Source: Candidatus Falkowbacteria bacterium HGW-Falkowbacteria-1
GTDB taxonomy: Bacteria > Patescibacteriota > Patescibacteriia > Patescibacteriales > UBA12465
Reading direction: 5' to 3'
Assembly: GCA_002840305.1 (NCBI GenBank)
Contig: PHAI01000001.1
Coordinates: forward strand, 178,074-227,462
Length of the DNA stretch: 49,389 nucleotides
Position numbers and translations under genes: made by a program. Below, piece after piece: positions 45,651-49,389 of this stretch (position 1 is the stretch's first letter; each line of letters begins with the position of its first letter). The notes below the pieces were generated by a model. That model searched no databases. It had not been told where the DNA came from and saw only the letters and a list, made by a program, of their open reading frames with translations.

Positions 45651-46364
45651 ATGGATGATAAAAAAAATAATAAAGAAGAAGAAATTGTTAAGGAAGAGAA
45701 AAAAACAGTCTTCAGAAGAAAAATTTTAAATGGTGTTAGTTCATTTTTAAATTCTTATTTTCACTATTTTTCTTTTTTGGCTTTATTCTTTATTTTTTGG
45801 TTTTCCTTCAACTTTATATTGACTCCAAAGTACGAGAAAGTGAGCTTGGCGTCTAGTGAGGTTTTGGAAGCGAAGAAAAGCTTGTTTATTAAGGAATATA
45901 GGGAGTTGGCTTCTTATAAAAAAAATATAGAAGTTTTTAAAAGTATCAACCCTGGCGATATGGATAAAATATCAAAGATGATTCCAGGGGAGTATTCCAG
46001 AGATGATCTTTTTACTGAATTTACTTATTTTTTGATGAAAAATAATTTTAATGTTAAAAGTATAAAAGTTTCCAACACGGAGGATATTGTCTCCGGAAAA
46101 CAGGTACTGTCGAGAAGATCTTCTGGTACAAGCAATGACCCTGAATTTTCTAGGGCCACCCAGGTTTCTTTGTCTTTGCCACCCGATGTTGGTTCTTGGT
46201 TAATAAGAGCTGAGATTTCCAATGTCGCTTATACTGATTTAAAATATTTATTAGATATTATTGAAAATAATTTAAAGTTGGTCGATGTTGTTTCTATGGA
46301 TTTCGACCCTATTACAAAGTCAGTAAGTTTTGACGCTTTGACTTATTATTATAAAAATAAATAA
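45651..46364 (+). CDS. PilO-like protein
   Basis: TM, coiled coil, MIP, Y..LK.LL..IENN.KLVDV; operon position. Confidence 0.7.
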   Translation: MDDKKNNKEEEIVKEEKKTVFRRKILNGVSSFLNSYFHYFSFLALFFIFWFSFNFILTPKYEKVSLASSEVLEAKKSLFIKEYRELASYKKNIEVFKSINPGDMDKISKMIPGEYSRDDLFTEFTYFLMKNNFNVKSIKVSNTEDIVSGKQVLSRRSSGTSNDPEFSRATQVSLSLPPDVGSWLIRAEISNVAYTDLKYLLDIIENNLKLVDVVSMDFDPITKSVSFDALTYYYKNK

Positions 46365-46373
46365 TTTACAAAT

Positions 46374-46769
46374 ATGAGTAAACTTTATAAGTTGGTTTTT
46401 GTAATTATCGTGGTAGTCCTTCTTTTTTTGAATATTTCATTTTTTTTGTATAATCAAAAATTGATTTCTTATTTAAAAATAGACGTTGAAATGGAGAGTC
46501 CGGATTTAATAATGAGCAGGGTAGACAAAGAGGCCTCAAATGGATTTTTTGATTTGAACAAAGTTAATGATTCCAAATTTGTTAATTTAAAAGAGTTTTC
46601 CGTTGATTTAACTGGATTTACAGTTCCTAGCGATTTGAATTTGGATGAAGATTTACCGCCAGATGATTCAAATGGAGAAGGGGTTCCAGATGATCTGACT
46701 CCGCCAGAGTTACAATTGCCAAGTTTCGAGGTTGGGAATAAAAATCCTTTTGAACCATTTTCTAAATAA
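46374..46769 (+). CDS. PilP-like positional homologue
   Basis: N-terminal TM helix and GNKNPFEPF motif; follows pilO-like gene. Confidence 0.55.
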   Translation: MSKLYKLVFVIIVVVLLFLNISFFLYNQKLISYLKIDVEMESPDLIMSRVDKEASNGFFDLNKVNDSKFVNLKEFSVDLTGFTVPSDLNLDEDLPPDDSNGEGVPDDLTPPELQLPSFEVGNKNPFEPFSK

Positions 46770-46791
46770 AAGATGCTAGTAAAAAATATTT

Positions 46792-48567
46792 ATGTTTAAT
46801 AACGACAAGTTTTTGAGTTTACTAAAATTAAAGAAGGTGATTCCCGCCGATAAGGCTTCGGAGTTAGATATTTTAATTAAAAAAGATAAAAATTTTAATT
46901 TGGAAGATTTTTTGATCAAGCAAAAAGTTATTAATTCCGAAAAAATAACTGAGATTAAAGCCGAGGTTTATAATCTGCCTTATAAAAATTTAGTTGGTGA
47001 AGATATTCCAGAAAACATTTTGGAAATTATAAATGAAGAATTAGCTGAAAATTATTTAGCTATTTGTTTTTCTGTGCTTGAGAAGAAGATGAGCATTGCC
47101 TTGGTTGAACCGAATTTGAAAGCTATGGAGGCTTTAAATTTTTTAGCGAATGAAAAGAAGCTTAGGGCCGATTATTATTTAATTTCTAAAAATAGTTTCA
47201 ATTCCGCTTTTAAACAATACAAGAAGATGGAGGAGGAGATATCTTCTGCCTTGGAAATAAAATCTAAATCTGAGGGAGGAGAGGATTTGATTCAAATTAA
47301 AAAAGAAGAAGATAGGGAAGATTTGAATGTAGATGACGCAAATAGCGCCCCGGTTGCTAAAATAGTTTCTGTTATTATTAAAAACGCTATCGATAGTCGT
47401 GCTAGTGATATTCACGTTGAACCTTACGAAAAAGAGAGTCGCGTTAGATATCGTATTGATGGTATACTTAAAAATGCGCTTTTTTTACCGAGAAATATTC
47501 ATAATTCAGTTGTGGCTAGAATCAAAGTTATGGCCAAGATGAAATTGGACGAAACTCGCGTTCCTCAGGATGGTCGTATAGTCTTGGTTATGGATAATAG
47601 AGAGATCGATTTTCGTATTTCTACCCTACCAGTGGGGAATGGTCAGGAAAAAGTTGTTATGCGTATTTTGGATACAGCCAAAGGTATTATAGGTTTGGAT
47701 GAGCTGGGCTTTAATACTTATCTTTTGGAGGTTTTCAAAAGAAACATGAAAAAAACCAACGGGATTCTTTTGGTTACTGGTCCTACCGGTAGTGGTAAGA
47801 CGACAACTCTTTATTCAATTTTAAATATTTTAAATCAAGAGGGGGTTAATATTTCTACGTTGGAAGATCCTATAGAATACCAATTGAAAGGGATAAACCA
47901 GTCTCAGATAAGGCCAAAGATAGGATATTCTTTTGCTACTGGTCTTCGCTCCTTGGTTCGTCAAGATCCGGATGTTATTATGGTGGGAGAAATTAGAGAT
48001 GAAGAAACGGTTGAACTGTCTATTCATGCTGGTCTTACCGGCCACTTAGTTTTATCAACTATTCATACCAATGATTCTTTGGGAACTATTTTTAGGTTGA
48101 TTGACATGAAAGCTGAGCCGGTTTTGTTGTGCTCTATATTGAGAATGGTTGTCGCTCAGCGTCTTACTAGGAGACTTTGTGATAATTGTAAAAAAGAAGC
48201 AGACCCGGCATATAAGGAAAAATTTATGAAAGACGCCTTGAAAGTCATAGAAGGCCTTGATATTGAGAGATTAAGGTTAGAACTTCCTAGTATAAAGTCT
48301 TTCGAGGATATAAACAATTTAAAAATATATCAACCAGTTGGTTGTTCTAAATGCCAAAACAGTGGTTATCTTAATCGTATTTCTATTGGTGAGGCTATAG
48401 AAATAGATGATAATTTAAAGGATTTGATCATGAACAAACTTTCGAGTTTAAATGTCGAAAATGTTAGAAAAAGTCAAAAGTTTATATCCTTAAAACAAGA
48501 CGGATTTCTGAAGGTTTTAAAGGGGGTCACGAATATTGAAGAGGTGTTGAGGGTGATCGAGATGTAA
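46792..48567 (+). CDS. pilB: Type IV pilus assembly ATPase, PilB/GspE family (second copy)
   Basis: ASDIHVEP, PQDGR, GPTGSGKTTT, RQDPDVIMVGEIRD, Zn-binding cysteines. Confidence 0.94.
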   Translation: MFNNDKFLSLLKLKKVIPADKASELDILIKKDKNFNLEDFLIKQKVINSEKITEIKAEVYNLPYKNLVGEDIPENILEIINEELAENYLAICFSVLEKKMSIALVEPNLKAMEALNFLANEKKLRADYYLISKNSFNSAFKQYKKMEEEISSALEIKSKSEGGEDLIQIKKEEDREDLNVDDANSAPVAKIVSVIIKNAIDSRASDIHVEPYEKESRVRYRIDGILKNALFLPRNIHNSVVARIKVMAKMKLDETRVPQDGRIVLVMDNREIDFRISTLPVGNGQEKVVMRILDTAKGIIGLDELGFNTYLLEVFKRNMKKTNGILLVTGPTGSGKTTTLYSILNILNQEGVNISTLEDPIEYQLKGINQSQIRPKIGYSFATGLRSLVRQDPDVIMVGEIRDEETVELSIHAGLTGHLVLSTIHTNDSLGTIFRLIDMKAEPVLLCSILRMVVAQRLTRRLCDNCKKEADPAYKEKFMKDALKVIEGLDIERLRLELPSIKSFEDINNLKIYQPVGCSKCQNSGYLNRISIGEAIEIDDNLKDLIMNKLSSLNVENVRKSQKFISLKQDGFLKVLKGVTNIEEVLRVIEM

Positions 48568-48600
48568 TTTTTAATTTTAAGTATTTAAGTCGCATACATT

Positions 48601-49389
48601 ATGTCAATTTTTAACTACAAGGCAGAGAATAAAAAGGGCAAGATCAAATCAGGCCAAATCGTTGCTGTTAGTGAAAACGATGCCATTAGAAGGTTAAATA
48701 AGAAAATGTTTAAGGTAAAGAAAATAAAAGAGGTTTCTAACTCCCTGATGGTTAAAATAAACAATAAATTAACTCCGATTAAAAACAAGGATTTAGTTAT
48801 TTTTTCTAGGCAGTTTGCCGTTATGATTTCTGCTCACGTTACGGTTACGGAGGCCTTGTATACAATAATTGAACAAACAGAAAATGCTCATTTTAAAAAT
48901 ATAATTTCTGGTATTGCCTATAATGTTGATGGTGGAGCTTTGCTTTCTGACGCTTTGAAACAAAACAACCATATATTTTCAGATTTTTATTGTAATCTTA
49001 TTAAAGCCGGTGAAACTTCTGGCAAGCTGGATGAAATTTTGAGCTATTTGGCTGATGAAATGGAAAAGGATTTTGACATGTTGAACAAATTTAAAGGGGC
49101 GATGATTTACCCAGCTTTTATTTTGAGTGGCTTGGTCGCTGTTGGTGTTGTTTTTATCTTTTTCGTTTTGCCGGAATTGACGACCATGCTTCAAGAGACT
49201 GGCGCAACTTTGCCGTTACCGACCAGAATAGTTATTTCTATTACAGAGTTTGGCCAAAAGTATTATTTAGCGATAGTAATAGCAGTTGTCGCTTTCATCT
49301 TCTTATTCAGAATGTTTTTAAAAACAAACTTTGGTAGAAGAAAATTTGATTATTTATTGATTAAATTACCGTCCATTGGTAAGCTTTTT
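48601..49389 (+). CDS. pilC: PilC/GspF platform protein, 3'-truncated by the window edge (absent from the ORF track)
   Basis: Read directly from the sequence: MSIFNYKA..G, DLVIFSRQFAVMI, AGETSGKLDEIL, GAMIYP. Confidence 0.92.
   Translation, partial: MSIFNYKAENKKGKIKSGQIVAVSENDAIRRLNKKMFKVKKIKEVSNSLMVKINNKLTPIKNKDLVIFSRQFAVMISAHVTVTEALYTIIEQTENAHFKNIISGIAYNVDGGALLSDALKQNNHIFSDFYCNLIKAGETSGKLDEILSYLADEMEKDFDMLNKFKGAMIYPAFILSGLVAVGVVFIFFVLPELTTMLQETGATLPLPTRIVISITEFGQKYYLAIVIAVVAFIFLFRMFLKTNFGRRKFDYLLIKLPSIGKLF

Noticed and set aside
2091..49194. Numerous 60-175 aa antisense or alternate-frame ORFs in the track (e.g. 20296-20676, 21022-21450, 27479-27919, 43290-43727, 44076-44603)
   Set aside because: Shadows of well-supported genes with no motifs of their own
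1..49389. Alternative genetic code (UGA=Gly)
   Set aside because: Long conserved genes are intact under the standard code and TGA terminates ORFs (e.g. 2013-2015, 6280-6282)

Overview
A low-GC, densely coded bacterial chromosomal segment read with the standard code (TGA is used as a stop, e.g. at 2013-2015). Gene content (multiple type IV pilus loci, short HrcA, CPR-style LexA, few Shine-Dalgarno motifs, extended -10 promoters) suggests Patescibacteria/CPR (Parcubacteria-like); this taxonomy is inference. In order: HD hydrolase and a TIM-barrel protein; a five-gene sensory cluster (amino-acid SBP, receiver, XylF-like SBP, HAMP-PAS histidine kinase, receiver) with no transporter; DEAD-box helicase; divergent GIY-YIG-like/LexA-like pair; a type IV pilus operon headed by two half-ferritin-like genes and a receiver and containing a 752-aa modular pilin; PBP2; a giant unknown protein that is probably frameshifted; a GT-C glycosyltransferase; a MiaB-MiaA fusion; a double-domain pilin, gatB and a membrane protein on the minus strand; tRNA-Ser(GCT) with accessory genes; CIRCE-hrcA-grpE-hsp20-dnaK-dnaJ-tatD; and comF plus a beta-propeller gene divergent from pilMNOP-pilB-pilC (truncated). 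The best candidate for an undescribed system is the transporter-less SBP/kinase/stand-alone receiver module, possibly wired to pilus control. Other highlights are the MiaB-MiaA fusion and a candidate RNA thermometer before hsp20. No CRISPR array, integrase, transposase or rRNA was seen.
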